From contig CBDCJB010000017.1 of NCBI GenBank assembly GCA_965217605.1, positions 142,677-206,676 of the forward strand: a stretch of 64,000 nt of DNA, given 5' to 3'. Positions 1 to 9,437 of the stretch are shown here, one piece after another (position 1 is the stretch's first letter; each line of letters opens with the position of its first letter). The stretch comes from Gammaproteobacteria bacterium (GTDB lineage Bacteria > Pseudomonadota > Gammaproteobacteria > Ga0077536). Below the pieces are notes generated by a model. That model searched no databases and was not told the DNA's origin. It saw nothing but the letters and a program-made list of their open reading frames with translations. A program made the translations under genes and the position numbers.

Positions 1-79
1 GAGCAGGCCGTGAAGACGCGTACATCGCTCGCATTCGCGCCATATAATCAGACACTCAAACAAGAATCGGTACAAGCAG

Positions 80-1087
80 ATGCCCGCGAATCCTCTCGAT
101 GGATTTACCGTCGACAAGAACGACATCACCTACCTCGGCCAAGACCTGAAACGGCCCGAATGTATCCTCGCGGAGAAAGACGGCACGGTGTGGTCCGCCG
201 ATGAACGGGGCGGCGTGGTCAAGATCGCGCCGGACGGCACGCAAGAATTCATTCCGCAACGGTTCGCGTCCGGCGGCGCGATCGAAGGTACCGTGCCGAA
301 CGGCATGGCGATCGCGGACAACGGCGATATCTTGATCGCCAACTTCGGCACCAACTGCCTGGAGCGCATGAAACGTAACGGCGAGACGACCGTCATGTTC
401 GAGACGCTGGATGGCGGCGCCTGGCCCGGCAAGCTGAACTTCGTCGTACGGGACAGCAAGAACCGGCTGTGGATCACCATCTCGACCATGATCGACGACT
501 ACATGCCGGCTTCGATCAGCAAGGACGTGCAAGACGGGCGCATCCTGCTCTATGAGGAGGGTAAGGGCGTCAAGGTGGTGGCCGAGCACGTTCATTTCGC
601 GAACGAATGCCGACTGGACGCCAACGAAGAATATATCTACGTCGCACAGACCTGCGGCCGCAACGTCGCGCGGTTCAAGATCGCGCCCAACGGCGACCTC
701 TCGGACAAGGAGATCTTCGGGCCCACGGACACCGGCGCCTTCGTCGATGGCATCACCTTCGACAGCTTCGGCAATCTGTGGGGAACCCATGTGATGGTGG
801 ATCGGATCTTCGCGATCACCCCCGAAGGTGAATTGAAGATCCTATTGGACGACGGCCGGCCCGGGGACGTCGAGACCATCGATCGGGCGTTTCAAGCCGG
901 CGAGGTCACGACCGAGCTCCTGATGGACTGCGGCGGTCCGATCGCGCGTTGGACGGCGAGCATCACCTTCGCCGGCGATGATCTGAAAACGGTCTACGTC
1001 GGCAGTTTGTTCGGCGATCGGATCGCGTCGTTCAAATCGCCGGTCGCCGGGTTACGGATGGCGCATTGGTACGAATCTTATGGGTAA
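80..1087 (+). CDS. SMP-30/gluconolactonase/LRE-like beta-propeller hydrolase
   Basis: 335 aa. Repeated blade-like segments (ADNGDILIAN, YVAQT, NLWGT) typical of 6-bladed SMP-30/lactonase fold. Sits at the head of the catabolic cluster. Confidence 0.55.
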   Translation: MPANPLDGFTVDKNDITYLGQDLKRPECILAEKDGTVWSADERGGVVKIAPDGTQEFIPQRFASGGAIEGTVPNGMAIADNGDILIANFGTNCLERMKRNGETTVMFETLDGGAWPGKLNFVVRDSKNRLWITISTMIDDYMPASISKDVQDGRILLYEEGKGVKVVAEHVHFANECRLDANEEYIYVAQTCGRNVARFKIAPNGDLSDKEIFGPTDTGAFVDGITFDSFGNLWGTHVMVDRIFAITPEGELKILLDDGRPGDVETIDRAFQAGEVTTELLMDCGGPIARWTASITFAGDDLKTVYVGSLFGDRIASFKSPVAGLRMAHWYESYG

Positions 1088-1107
1088 GGTAAAGAGGGCC
1101 AACGTCA

Positions 1108-1587
1108 ATGAGCAAAATTGAAGCCAGACTCGAGGAATTGGGTATCACGCTACCGCGACCGCCCAAGGCGGTCGCGAATTATCTCCCCGGCGTCAAAGTC
1201 GGCGAGATCCTCTACGTCGCGGGCACCGTCGGCACGGTGCCGGACGAAAACGACGAAGACGTCTTGCCGATCGTGGGCAAACTCGGGGACATTTCCATCG
1301 AGCAGGGGTATGAATCGGCGCGCTACGCGGCGATCAACCACCTGGCGATGATCAAGGCCGTGATCGGCGACCTCGATGACGTCGTTCGGATCGTCAAGAT
1401 GATCGGCTATGTCAATGCGGCGCCCGGCTTCAAGGAAGCGCCGTGGGTGTTGAACGGCGCGTCCGATCTGCTTGTCGAAGTCTTCGGTGAGGAAAAAGGC
1501 CGCCACGCACGGGCCGCCTTGTATCAAAACGAGCTGACCTACGATGCGCCGATCGAGACCGAGATGACCGTACAGGTGAAACCGTAA
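1108..1587 (+). CDS. RidA/YjgF/TdcF family (reactive intermediate deaminase-like) protein
   Basis: 159 aa. N-terminal ...PRPPKAVANYLPGVKVGEILYVAGTVG... is typical of the RidA fold. Stop at 1587 overlaps the start of the next gene. Confidence 0.65.
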   Translation: MSKIEARLEELGITLPRPPKAVANYLPGVKVGEILYVAGTVGTVPDENDEDVLPIVGKLGDISIEQGYESARYAAINHLAMIKAVIGDLDDVVRIVKMIGYVNAAPGFKEAPWVLNGASDLLVEVFGEEKGRHARAALYQNELTYDAPIETEMTVQVKP

Positions 1588-3350
1588 TGGCGTCGGCGGT
1601 CGACCCCGTGACCCTCGCCGTTGTCAACGGGACGCTCAAGTCTCTGACCCGCGAGATGGGGATCACGATCGATCGCACCAGCCGCTCGCCCGTGCTCAAG
1701 CTCGCGCGCGACTATTCGAACGCGGTGTTCGACGCGACGCCCCAGCAATTGATGCAGGGTGAGGACATCCCGGTCCACCTGGGCGCGCTGCAGGGTAGTG
1801 CGGAATCGGTTTCGCAATATTTCGCGGGCGAGATCGAACCCGGCGACGTGATGTACCACAACAGTCCGGCTACCGGGGGTTCGCACAAGCCGGATTGCTG
1901 CGCGCTGAAGCCCATCTTCTGTGACGGTGAATTATTGTTCTGGGTGGCCTGCAACGCACACCTGTCGGACACGGGCGGCGGGGTTGCGGGTGGCTACAAC
2001 CCGCTCGCCGAGGACATGTATGCCGAGGGCCTGCGCATCTCACCGATCAAACTCGTTGAACGCGGCAAGCTGCGCCGCGATATCTTCGACCTCATCGTGG
2101 GCTCGGTGCGTACTTCGCGCGACACCCGCGGCGATATCCGCGCGCAGATCGGCGCCGTCGACCTCGCCGAGCGCAGGCTCGTGGCGTTGGTCGATCGTTA
2201 CGGTATCGACACGATCCGGGCCTCCGTGACGGCGCTGCTCGACGCGGCCGAGGTACGCATGCGCGAGGAAATCGAGCGCATACCGGATGGCACCTACGTG
2301 GGCACCTCATGGGTCGAGGACGACGGGCACGGATCCGGCGAAAGCCGGCTGGACTGTGAAATTCGAATCGACGGCAGCGACATGCAGGTTGCCATGCACA
2401 GCCGTCAGCAGTTACCGAGTTATTTCAACTGTTACTACTCGGTGACGGCGAGCGCGATCCTGCTCGGCGTCGTGACGTACATCGATCCCGAGATCCCGCA
2501 CAACGCTGGTGCCTATCGCGCCATCGACATGGATTTCGGCCCGTCGGGTACGATGTTGAATGCCGTCGAACCGGCGGCTTGCTCGATGTCGACGACCACA
2601 CCCTTCGACAGCATCGTCGAATCGGTGCGCGATGCGTTGAGCAAGGCCTTACCCGAGCGCAGTGTCGCGGGTTCCAGCCACATGTGTTTTTCGATCTGGG
2701 CGGCGTCCGATCCACGTAACGATGAAATCTACGTCATGTCTGCGGTTCCCGGTCTCATGGGCGGGGGCGGCGCCTCGTACGGCCTCGATGGATGGAACTG
2801 CATCGGCACCGTCGCCACCGGTGGAGCGATGCTCACCGGTGACATCGAACTGACCGAACACGAATATCCGATCCACACCCATTTCTACGAACTCGAAGCC
2901 GATTCGGCCTGCCCCGGCCGCTGGCGCGGCGGGTTCGGCGGCCGCTATGCGATCGAGCCGGTGGGCCACACGACGCAGCTCTCCAGCATTGGTGAAGGCG
3001 TGGCGATTCCGCCCCCGAGTCTGGCCGGCGCCGAGTCCGAGCTCAATGTCGAACGCATCTACCGGCGCTGGGTCGTGCGTGCCGACGGGCGGCGTGAAGA
3101 GCTCAAACATCACGCGCTGGTCGAGCTATCCCCCGGTGACATCTATCACTCGTATCCGCCGGGCGGTGGCGGCGTCGGCGATCCGTTCGAGCGCGACGTT
3201 CAAGCGGTGCGCGACGACGTCCAGACCGGTCTCGTCACCGTGGAGCGCGCGGCGGAGGAATACGGCGTCGTCATCGAGCCCGACACCTTCGAAATCAACG
3301 CGGCCGCGACGGCGGCCCGTCGCGGGGCGGCCGCTCGGACTAGTGCGTGA
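1587..3350 (+). CDS. hyuB: hydantoinase B / 5-oxoprolinase family protein
   Basis: 587 aa. Family-typical N-terminus (DPVTLAVVNGTLKSLTREMGITIDRTSRSPVLKLARDYSNAVFD) and length. Its end overlaps the hyuA-like gene by 4 nt (translational coupling). Confidence 0.8.
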   Translation: MASAVDPVTLAVVNGTLKSLTREMGITIDRTSRSPVLKLARDYSNAVFDATPQQLMQGEDIPVHLGALQGSAESVSQYFAGEIEPGDVMYHNSPATGGSHKPDCCALKPIFCDGELLFWVACNAHLSDTGGGVAGGYNPLAEDMYAEGLRISPIKLVERGKLRRDIFDLIVGSVRTSRDTRGDIRAQIGAVDLAERRLVALVDRYGIDTIRASVTALLDAAEVRMREEIERIPDGTYVGTSWVEDDGHGSGESRLDCEIRIDGSDMQVAMHSRQQLPSYFNCYYSVTASAILLGVVTYIDPEIPHNAGAYRAIDMDFGPSGTMLNAVEPAACSMSTTTPFDSIVESVRDALSKALPERSVAGSSHMCFSIWAASDPRNDEIYVMSAVPGLMGGGGASYGLDGWNCIGTVATGGAMLTGDIELTEHEYPIHTHFYELEADSACPGRWRGGFGGRYAIEPVGHTTQLSSIGEGVAIPPPSLAGAESELNVERIYRRWVVRADGRREELKHHALVELSPGDIYHSYPPGGGGVGDPFERDVQAVRDDVQTGLVTVERAAEEYGVVIEPDTFEINAAATAARRGAAARTSA

Positions 3351-5407
3351 GCTTACGGCTCGGCATCGATGTCGGCGGCACGTTCACCGATCTCATCGCG
3401 ATCGACGCTGACGGCCGCGTCAATATCGCCAAGACGTTATCCACGCCTGCCGATCCGTCGACATCCATCGCGGAAGGACTGGACGACCTGGCGGCTAAGA
3501 TCGGTTGCGCGGTACCGAGCTTGCTCGAGCAAACGGATCTCATCGTCCACGGTTCGACCGCCGCACTCAATGCCCTGCTCGAACACAAGGGCGCCCGTAC
3601 CGGACTGCTGTGCACGGCAGGGTTTCGCGATTCGCTCGAGATCAGACTCGGTGCCAAGGAACGCCGCTACGATTGGCAATACGCGCCGCCCGCGCCTTTG
3701 GTGCCGCGTACGCTGCGGCGGCCGGTTCGGGAACGGGTTACCAAAGAGGGGCGTATTTACGAAGCGCTGATCGAGGACGACGTACATACCGCCATCGAGT
3801 TGTTCCGGCAGCATGGCGTCGAAGCGATCGCCGTGTGTTTTCTCTGGTCGTTTCGCAACGAGGCCCACGAGCGACGTGTGGGCGAGATCCTCCGTGAAGC
3901 ATTGCGTGAAACCTACGTTTCGCTGTCCGTCGATGTATTGCCGGAGATCCGCGAATACGACCGTACCAGCACGACGGTCATCAACGCCTATATCGGACCT
4001 GTCGTGAAGCGCTATGCGCGCGGCGTCGAGTCATTCCTGCAGTCGCTGGGCTATAGCGGCGCAGTGCGCTTCATGCAATCGAATGCAGGCCTCGCGTCGG
4101 CCGATGAGATCATGCGCCGGCCGGTCTACGCACTCGGTTCCGGCCCTGCGGCCGGCCCGGCCGCGGGCTTGTTTCACGCACGGCGACACGACCGTACGGA
4201 TCTCCTCACCGTGGACATGGGCGGTACGAGCTTCGACGTATGTCTGATCCAAAACGCCGAGCCCGACATGGTCAAGGGCATCGATTTTCACCGCTACCGG
4301 CTCGGGATCCCGATGATTGACATCCATGCGGTCGGCGCGGGCGGGGGCAGTATCGCGCGCGTCGACGCCGGCGGTTTGTTGCAGGTCGGTCCGGTCAGCG
4401 CGGGCGCCGATCCCGGCCCGGCGTGTTACGGGAAGGGGGGAACGCGGGCGACCGTAACGGACGCCGATTTGATCCTCGGCTATCTCGAAGCCGATCGGCC
4501 GTTGAGCGGTAACATCGTCCTCGAACGCGAGCCCGCGGAGCGGGCGCTCGATTCACAGGTCGCTTCGCCACTCGGCTTGTCCCTCGAGCGAGCCGCGCTT
4601 GCCGTATACGCCGTCGTGAACAACACCATGTCACGCGCGATTCGCGAAGTCTCGATCGAACGTGGCTACGACCCGCGCGATTTCCTCCTGGTCGTTGGCG
4701 GCGGCTGCGGCCCGATGCATGCATGGATGCTCGCACGCGAGCTCGGACTCGCCGAGGTGCCCATACCGCGGGTGGCATCGAACTTCTGCGCCTTCGGTGA
4801 GATCGTGGCGGATCTCCGGCATAGCTACACACGCTCGGTGCCATGCCGGATCGGTGACGCCGATCCGTCGGAGCTGGAAGGGCTTTTCGCAGACATGGAA
4901 GCGCAAGGGCGCGAGGTGCTTACACGGGAGGGGGTTGCTAGTCAGCAGATCGAGATCGCACGGCGATTCGATCTACGTTATGCCGGCCAGATGTACGAAT
5001 GTAGCGTCAGCGTTCCAATGACGGCCATAACGTCCGAACTCTTGAATGATATCGTCGAGCGATTCCACGATGCGCACGAAGCGCTGTACGCCTATGCCGA
5101 GCGCGATAATCCGTTGTGCGAATTGATCACCGTGGGCAGCGTCGTGTCCGGGCGCCTGCCGCAACCCGCGCTTTCGGCCAGCGAGGCGAAATCCTTAGCC
5201 GAACCGGAAGCGCCGCCGCTGCGGCCGGTGTATTTCGAATCAACCGGTGATTTCGTCGAAACGCCCGTGTACCAGGGCGTTACATTACCCGTTGGTTACC
5301 GCATACCGGGCCCTGCTATCGTCGAAGAGGTCGGCACGACGGTCTTGGTATTTGATGACGCGATGTTAGAGCTTACGCCCGACGCGTACCGGTTAACCGA
5401 ACGTTGA
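3347..5407 (+). CDS. hyuA: hydantoinase A / 5-oxoprolinase family protein
   Basis: 686 aa. N-terminal LGIDVGGTFTDLIAID hydantoinase/oxoprolinase N-terminal motif. Internal GxxGG ATPase-like segments. Confidence 0.8.
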   Translation: MSLRLGIDVGGTFTDLIAIDADGRVNIAKTLSTPADPSTSIAEGLDDLAAKIGCAVPSLLEQTDLIVHGSTAALNALLEHKGARTGLLCTAGFRDSLEIRLGAKERRYDWQYAPPAPLVPRTLRRPVRERVTKEGRIYEALIEDDVHTAIELFRQHGVEAIAVCFLWSFRNEAHERRVGEILREALRETYVSLSVDVLPEIREYDRTSTTVINAYIGPVVKRYARGVESFLQSLGYSGAVRFMQSNAGLASADEIMRRPVYALGSGPAAGPAAGLFHARRHDRTDLLTVDMGGTSFDVCLIQNAEPDMVKGIDFHRYRLGIPMIDIHAVGAGGGSIARVDAGGLLQVGPVSAGADPGPACYGKGGTRATVTDADLILGYLEADRPLSGNIVLEREPAERALDSQVASPLGLSLERAALAVYAVVNNTMSRAIREVSIERGYDPRDFLLVVGGGCGPMHAWMLARELGLAEVPIPRVASNFCAFGEIVADLRHSYTRSVPCRIGDADPSELEGLFADMEAQGREVLTREGVASQQIEIARRFDLRYAGQMYECSVSVPMTAITSELLNDIVERFHDAHEALYAYAERDNPLCELITVGSVVSGRLPQPALSASEAKSLAEPEAPPLRPVYFESTGDFVETPVYQGVTLPVGYRIPGPAIVEEVGTTVLVFDDAMLELTPDAYRLTER

Positions 5408-5410
5408 GGA

Positions 5411-5460
5411 TTCGCCCGCAAGCGGGCTCCTACGATACATCGCCTCCGTAGGGCGAACCA
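5411..5460. repeat. REP-like nested palindrome, copy 1 (ATTCGCCCGCAAGCGGGCTCC...CCGTAGGGCGAA)
   Basis: The 21-mer ATTCGCCCGCAAGCGGGCTCC seen here recurs at 47789..47846. The inner GCCCGCAAGCGGGC is itself a perfect palindrome. It lies immediately after the hyuA stop. Confidence 0.55.
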
Positions 5461-5479
5461 GCAGCTGGAGAGACGTTAT

Positions 5480-5786
5480 ATGAACAAAGAAATGATCCAC
5501 CGCGATACGGCCTACGATCAGAAGATGCATTATTCCCAGGGCGTCAAGATCGGACCTACGATCTACGTTTCCGGGCAGGTTGCGCTCGACGACGATGGGA
5601 GATGTGGTCAAGGTCACGACCTTTATTACGCAACGAACGTCGGGAATGGTTTCCTCTTACGACGAAGTTTTCGGCGAGTTCTTTCCACGTGATTGCCCCG
5701 CGAGCACGCTCGTCGAAGTCAAGAGCCTGGTGTTGAGAGATCTTTTAGTTGAGATCGAAGCCATCGCCGTAATAGGCGCCGCTTGA
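5480..5786 (+). pseudogene. second RidA-family gene split by a frameshift (ORFs 5480..5692 and 5580..5786)
   Basis: The first ORF carries RidA N-terminal motifs (GPTIYVSGQVALDDDGR). The second, in another frame, carries the RidA C-terminal motifs (DVVKVTTFITQ...FFPRDCPASTLVEVKSLVLRDLLVEIEAIAV). Together they make one ~105 aa RidA. Confidence 0.55.
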
Positions 5787-5800
5787 TTCGGAGCTGACTC

Positions 5801-6289
5801 GTGAATCTGAAATCGCTTACCGACGTCGAAGTTCAGTTTCAGGTCGAGCGTTTGCTCGCGAACTACGTTCAATGCATAGATGAGGACCGGCTCGAAGCGT
5901 GGCCGGACTTTTTTGTCGATGACTGCCTCTACCAGGTCATCGCCAAGGAAAACGCCGAACGCGGGTTGCCGGTGTCAGCGATTTTCTGTGATTCGAAAGG
6001 CATGCTCGCTGATCGCGTCGTCTCGCTCCGTCACGCGAATGTTTACGAGCGGCATCAATACCGGCATATCGTCAGCAGCGTTGTCATCACTGAGGTATCT
6101 GATGAATCACTGGCCATTCAAAGCAATTACGTGGTCTATCGTACCCGCACCAACGGCGTGACCGCGGTCTTCAATACGGGGATGTACAATGACAGGGTCG
6201 TAGGCGTCGACGGTCAGCTGCTGTTCAAAGAGAAAATCGTGACCTTCGATACGAACCGCATCGACAGCCTGCTGGTCACGCCCTTGTGA
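5801..6289 (+). CDS. aromatic-ring-hydroxylating dioxygenase beta (small) subunit, NTF2-like
   Basis: 162 aa. SnoaL/NTF2-like sequence (EVQFQVERLLANYVQCIDEDRLEAWPDFFVDDCLYQVI) directly upstream of a Rieske alpha subunit. Confidence 0.7.
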   Translation: MNLKSLTDVEVQFQVERLLANYVQCIDEDRLEAWPDFFVDDCLYQVIAKENAERGLPVSAIFCDSKGMLADRVVSLRHANVYERHQYRHIVSSVVITEVSDESLAIQSNYVVYRTRTNGVTAVFNTGMYNDRVVGVDGQLLFKEKIVTFDTNRIDSLLVTPL

Positions 6290-6302
6290 GGAGGCGAATG
6301 AC

Positions 6303-7565
6303 ATGAGTAGCACGCAAACGGCTCCGGGAATCACAACGCGCTGGCCGCGCGTCGACGCCGGCTGTGTCGTTCCCTATGAGGCGTTTACTGATGCGGTGTA
6401 CTACGATCGCGAACAGGAGCATATTTTTCGCGGCGCGACATGGAGTTTCGTCGGACTCGACGCCGAGTTGCCCAACATCGGCGATTTCAAAGCGACCTTT
6501 ATCGGTGAGACGCCGGTCATCGTAACCCGGGACAAATCCGGCGCCGTCAACGTCATGCAAAACCGGTGTGCGCATCGCGGTGCGCTCGTTTGCCGCGAGC
6601 CGCGCGGCAATGTGTCGCGCCTGCAATGCGTCTATCACCAATGGAATTACGATCTGCAAGGTCGTCTCTTGGGCGTGCCGTTCCGGGATGGCATCCGCGG
6701 AAAGGGCGGTATGCCGGCGGATTTCGACATGGCCGAGCACGGCCTGACGACCCTGCGTGTTGAGACGATCGGCGGACTGATCTTCGCGACCTTCTCCCGA
6801 GACGCCGAGCCGCTTCGCGATTATCTCGGTCCGATGGTTGTGGCGAGCATCGAGCGAATCTTCAATCGACCCATCCAGCTGCTCGGCGATCAACGTCAAT
6901 ACATGCATGGAAATTGGAAGTTGTACGCCGAGAATACGCGCGACCCCTACCACGCGAGTCTGCTGCACCTGTTCCACAATACCTTCGGGCTGTACCGGTC
7001 TTCGCAGACCGGCGCTACGCTCATGGACGAAAAACACCGGCACAGCATGCTCTATACGAAAGGTGCGTCGACGGCGGATAAGGAATTGGATGACGATCTC
7101 TACAAAGATATTCGCAGCTACGATTCGAACTTCAGCCTCGCCGATCCGTCCTTGCTCGCAGGCCGGCCGGAGTTCGATGACGGCATCACTTTGGTCATCC
7201 TCGCGATCTTTCCCAATCTCGTCGTACAGCAGATCGCAAACACCCTGGCCGTCCGACAAACCGTCACCGACAGCGTAAGCGGCTTCGAGTTGGTGTGGAC
7301 CCACTTCGGATACGAGGACGACGACGAGGAGATGCACCGCATCCGCATCAAGCAATCGAACCTGATCGGCCCCGCCGGATTGATATCGATGGAAGACGGC
7401 GAGGCGGTCGAGATCGTGCAAAAAGCCATCGCACGGGACCACGACAAAGTCTCTTATATCGCGATGGGCGGTGGACGTGCCGAGGATTCCGAGCACCTGG
7501 TGACGGAATCGGCGATCATCGGATTTTGGGATTACTATAAGTCCTTGCTGGGTATTGCGGCATAG
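6303..7565 (+). CDS. Rieske [2Fe-2S] aromatic-ring-hydroxylating oxygenase alpha subunit
   Basis: 420 aa. Rieske motif CAHRG...(17 aa)...CVYHQW. C-terminal catalytic domain with mononuclear-Fe His/Asp region (DPYHASLLH). Confidence 0.85.
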   Translation: MSSTQTAPGITTRWPRVDAGCVVPYEAFTDAVYYDREQEHIFRGATWSFVGLDAELPNIGDFKATFIGETPVIVTRDKSGAVNVMQNRCAHRGALVCREPRGNVSRLQCVYHQWNYDLQGRLLGVPFRDGIRGKGGMPADFDMAEHGLTTLRVETIGGLIFATFSRDAEPLRDYLGPMVVASIERIFNRPIQLLGDQRQYMHGNWKLYAENTRDPYHASLLHLFHNTFGLYRSSQTGATLMDEKHRHSMLYTKGASTADKELDDDLYKDIRSYDSNFSLADPSLLAGRPEFDDGITLVILAIFPNLVVQQIANTLAVRQTVTDSVSGFELVWTHFGYEDDDEEMHRIRIKQSNLIGPAGLISMEDGEAVEIVQKAIARDHDKVSYIAMGGGRAEDSEHLVTESAIIGFWDYYKSLLGIAA

Positions 7566-7583
7566 GCGCGAGGAGAAACGACC

Positions 7584-8636
7584 ATGACGAACGAATATCA
7601 CAGTAACCCGAGCCCGGATCTGGCCAAGGCCGCGCTCGTACTCGTGCGTGACATGATGTGTGCGAGCGAAGGGGAAAGTGCCTTGATCACGGCGGACGTC
7701 GATTCCGACGAAGCCGCGGTCCGCGCGATCCAAAACGCATGCCATATCGCGGGCACGAAAACGGCGACGATCGTATTATCGCCTGCATTACCCTTTCAAG
7801 GCGGGCTTGCGGATCCCTACATTCCCGACCACGTGGCGGCCGCGGTGCCGCATTGCGATATCTGGATCGACCTCTGCATGCCATATCTGGCGGGTTCCGG
7901 GCCCTTCGACAAGGCACTCAAGGCGGGGCGTACGCGCTATTTTCTCGGCGCGGATATCGGCGCCGAGGGGATCGAGCGCATCTTCGGCAAAGCTGATCTG
8001 GACAAAACTTTCGCGGTTTCAGACGCATTGACCGAGCTGTTCTCGGCGGCCAAGGGCGAATGGTGCCGGATCACAACTCCGGCCGGAACCGACGTGCGCT
8101 TTCAAATCGCCGACCCCGAAGGGTTCGCCATGAGTAAGGCGGCAGGGCCGGGCGGCTATTTCGTGCCCGGTACCGCGGTCTTGATCCCCGAACTCGAAAC
8201 CGTGAAAGGGACGATCGTCGTCGATACGGTGTTCCACGAGTACTACACGGCGTTGAACGAGCCCCTGAAGTTCGAAGTCGACGGCAATATCACCGAGGTC
8301 TCGGGTGGCGGACCGGAAGCACGCATCATGGATCGCGCATTGCGCCGTGCGGACAATGGTGAATACGGCGGTATCGTGCACTTTACCTACGGCTACCATC
8401 CGACCGCGCGATTCACGGGTAAGTCCTTCGTCGAAGACCAACGCGTCGTCGGCTGCAACGCCGTTGGTTTCGGGATTCCGCACTGGCTCCCCGGCGGCGG
8501 CGAGAATCATCCGGACTGTGTCATGGGTTCGCAATCGATCTGGATCGGTGACGAACAGATCGTGGACGAAGGCACGCTGGTCCGACCCGAAGCGATCGTG
8601 AGCTTGTTAGACGAGTTACGTCCGCTCTATGTGTAA
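7584..8636 (+). CDS. M29 aminopeptidase-fold protein; possibly 2,5-dihydroxypyridine dioxygenase (NicX)-like
   Basis: 350 aa. Size and overall composition are recalled as matching NicX/AmpS-fold proteins; the family assignment is tentative. Embedded between ring-hydroxylating and ring-cleaving genes. Confidence 0.35.
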   Translation: MTNEYHSNPSPDLAKAALVLVRDMMCASEGESALITADVDSDEAAVRAIQNACHIAGTKTATIVLSPALPFQGGLADPYIPDHVAAAVPHCDIWIDLCMPYLAGSGPFDKALKAGRTRYFLGADIGAEGIERIFGKADLDKTFAVSDALTELFSAAKGEWCRITTPAGTDVRFQIADPEGFAMSKAAGPGGYFVPGTAVLIPELETVKGTIVVDTVFHEYYTALNEPLKFEVDGNITEVSGGGPEARIMDRALRRADNGEYGGIVHFTYGYHPTARFTGKSFVEDQRVVGCNAVGFGIPHWLPGGGENHPDCVMGSQSIWIGDEQIVDEGTLVRPEAIVSLLDELRPLYV

Positions 8637-8662
8637 TTGATACCATCCACGAGGCTAACGCG

Positions 8663-9412
8663 ATGTCCAATCCGCCCATCGAACCCATCGTCACGGACCT
8701 CGTCGAGGCCGTTCAACGCATCTTCGAAACCCACCCGATCACGCCCGAGGACTACCGCGCCGCGGTCGGATTCCTGCACGAAGTAGGCGAAGCAGGCGAA
8801 GTGCCTCTGATCATGGACGTTTTCTTCGAAGCGCTCGTCGTCGACGCCAACAACCGGGGTCGCCGCGGCACCTCGCGCAATGTGCTCGGCCCCTTCTACC
8901 TGGAAGGCGCGCCGCTCATCGAGGACGGGCGGCTCATGTCCGAAGACGAGGCTGGGGACCGGCTGGTGATGTCGGGAACCGTCCGCAATCTCGACGGCGA
9001 ACCGCTTGCCGGCGCCGAGCTCGACGTTTGGCAGGCGGACGCCCAGGGCCGCTATTCCGGTTTCAACCCCGGTCCGGCCGAGATGAATCTGCGTGGCCGG
9101 CTGTTGAGCGGTAGCGACGGTGGCTACGAGTTACACACCGTGCGTCCCGAAGGCTACACGATCCCACACGACGGACCGACCGGCCGGCTCCTGACGTCGC
9201 TCGGACGCCATCCGTGGCGGCCGGCGCACATCCACTTGAAGGCCAGCCACGAAGGCTACCAGTCGTTGACCACGCAAGTTTATTTTTCCGACAGCAAGTA
9301 TCTCGATTCGGACGTGGCGAACGCGGTTCGTGACGATCTGGTGCGTCCGCTGACATCGGCCGAAGACGGCTACAGCTTGGCGTTTGACGTGGCGCTGGAG
9401 CCGGCGGCGTAA
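8663..9412 (+). CDS. intradiol ring-cleavage dioxygenase (catechol/hydroxyquinol 1,2-dioxygenase family)
   Basis: 249 aa. N-terminal helical dimerisation region, then an intradiol core with conserved Fe ligands context (RNVLGPFY...GTVRNLDGEPLAGAELDVWQADAQGRYSGF...RPAHIHLK). Confidence 0.8.
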   Translation: MSNPPIEPIVTDLVEAVQRIFETHPITPEDYRAAVGFLHEVGEAGEVPLIMDVFFEALVVDANNRGRRGTSRNVLGPFYLEGAPLIEDGRLMSEDEAGDRLVMSGTVRNLDGEPLAGAELDVWQADAQGRYSGFNPGPAEMNLRGRLLSGSDGGYELHTVRPEGYTIPHDGPTGRLLTSLGRHPWRPAHIHLKASHEGYQSLTTQVYFSDSKYLDSDVANAVRDDLVRPLTSAEDGYSLAFDVALEPAA

Positions 9413-9437
9413 CAGTCGGTCGTCCGGCAACGCGCAC

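Noticed and set aside
56-790. 244-aa minus-strand ORF antisense to the SMP-30-like gene
   Set aside because: Low-complexity Arg/Asp/Val-rich translation typical of GC-rich antisense frames. Fully overlaps a plus-strand gene that has a credible motif pattern.
6276-7745. 489-aa minus-strand ORF antisense to the first Rieske alpha subunit
   Set aside because: No domain-like pattern and an R/D/V/H-rich composition. The plus-strand gene carries an unambiguous Rieske motif, so this is an antisense artefact.
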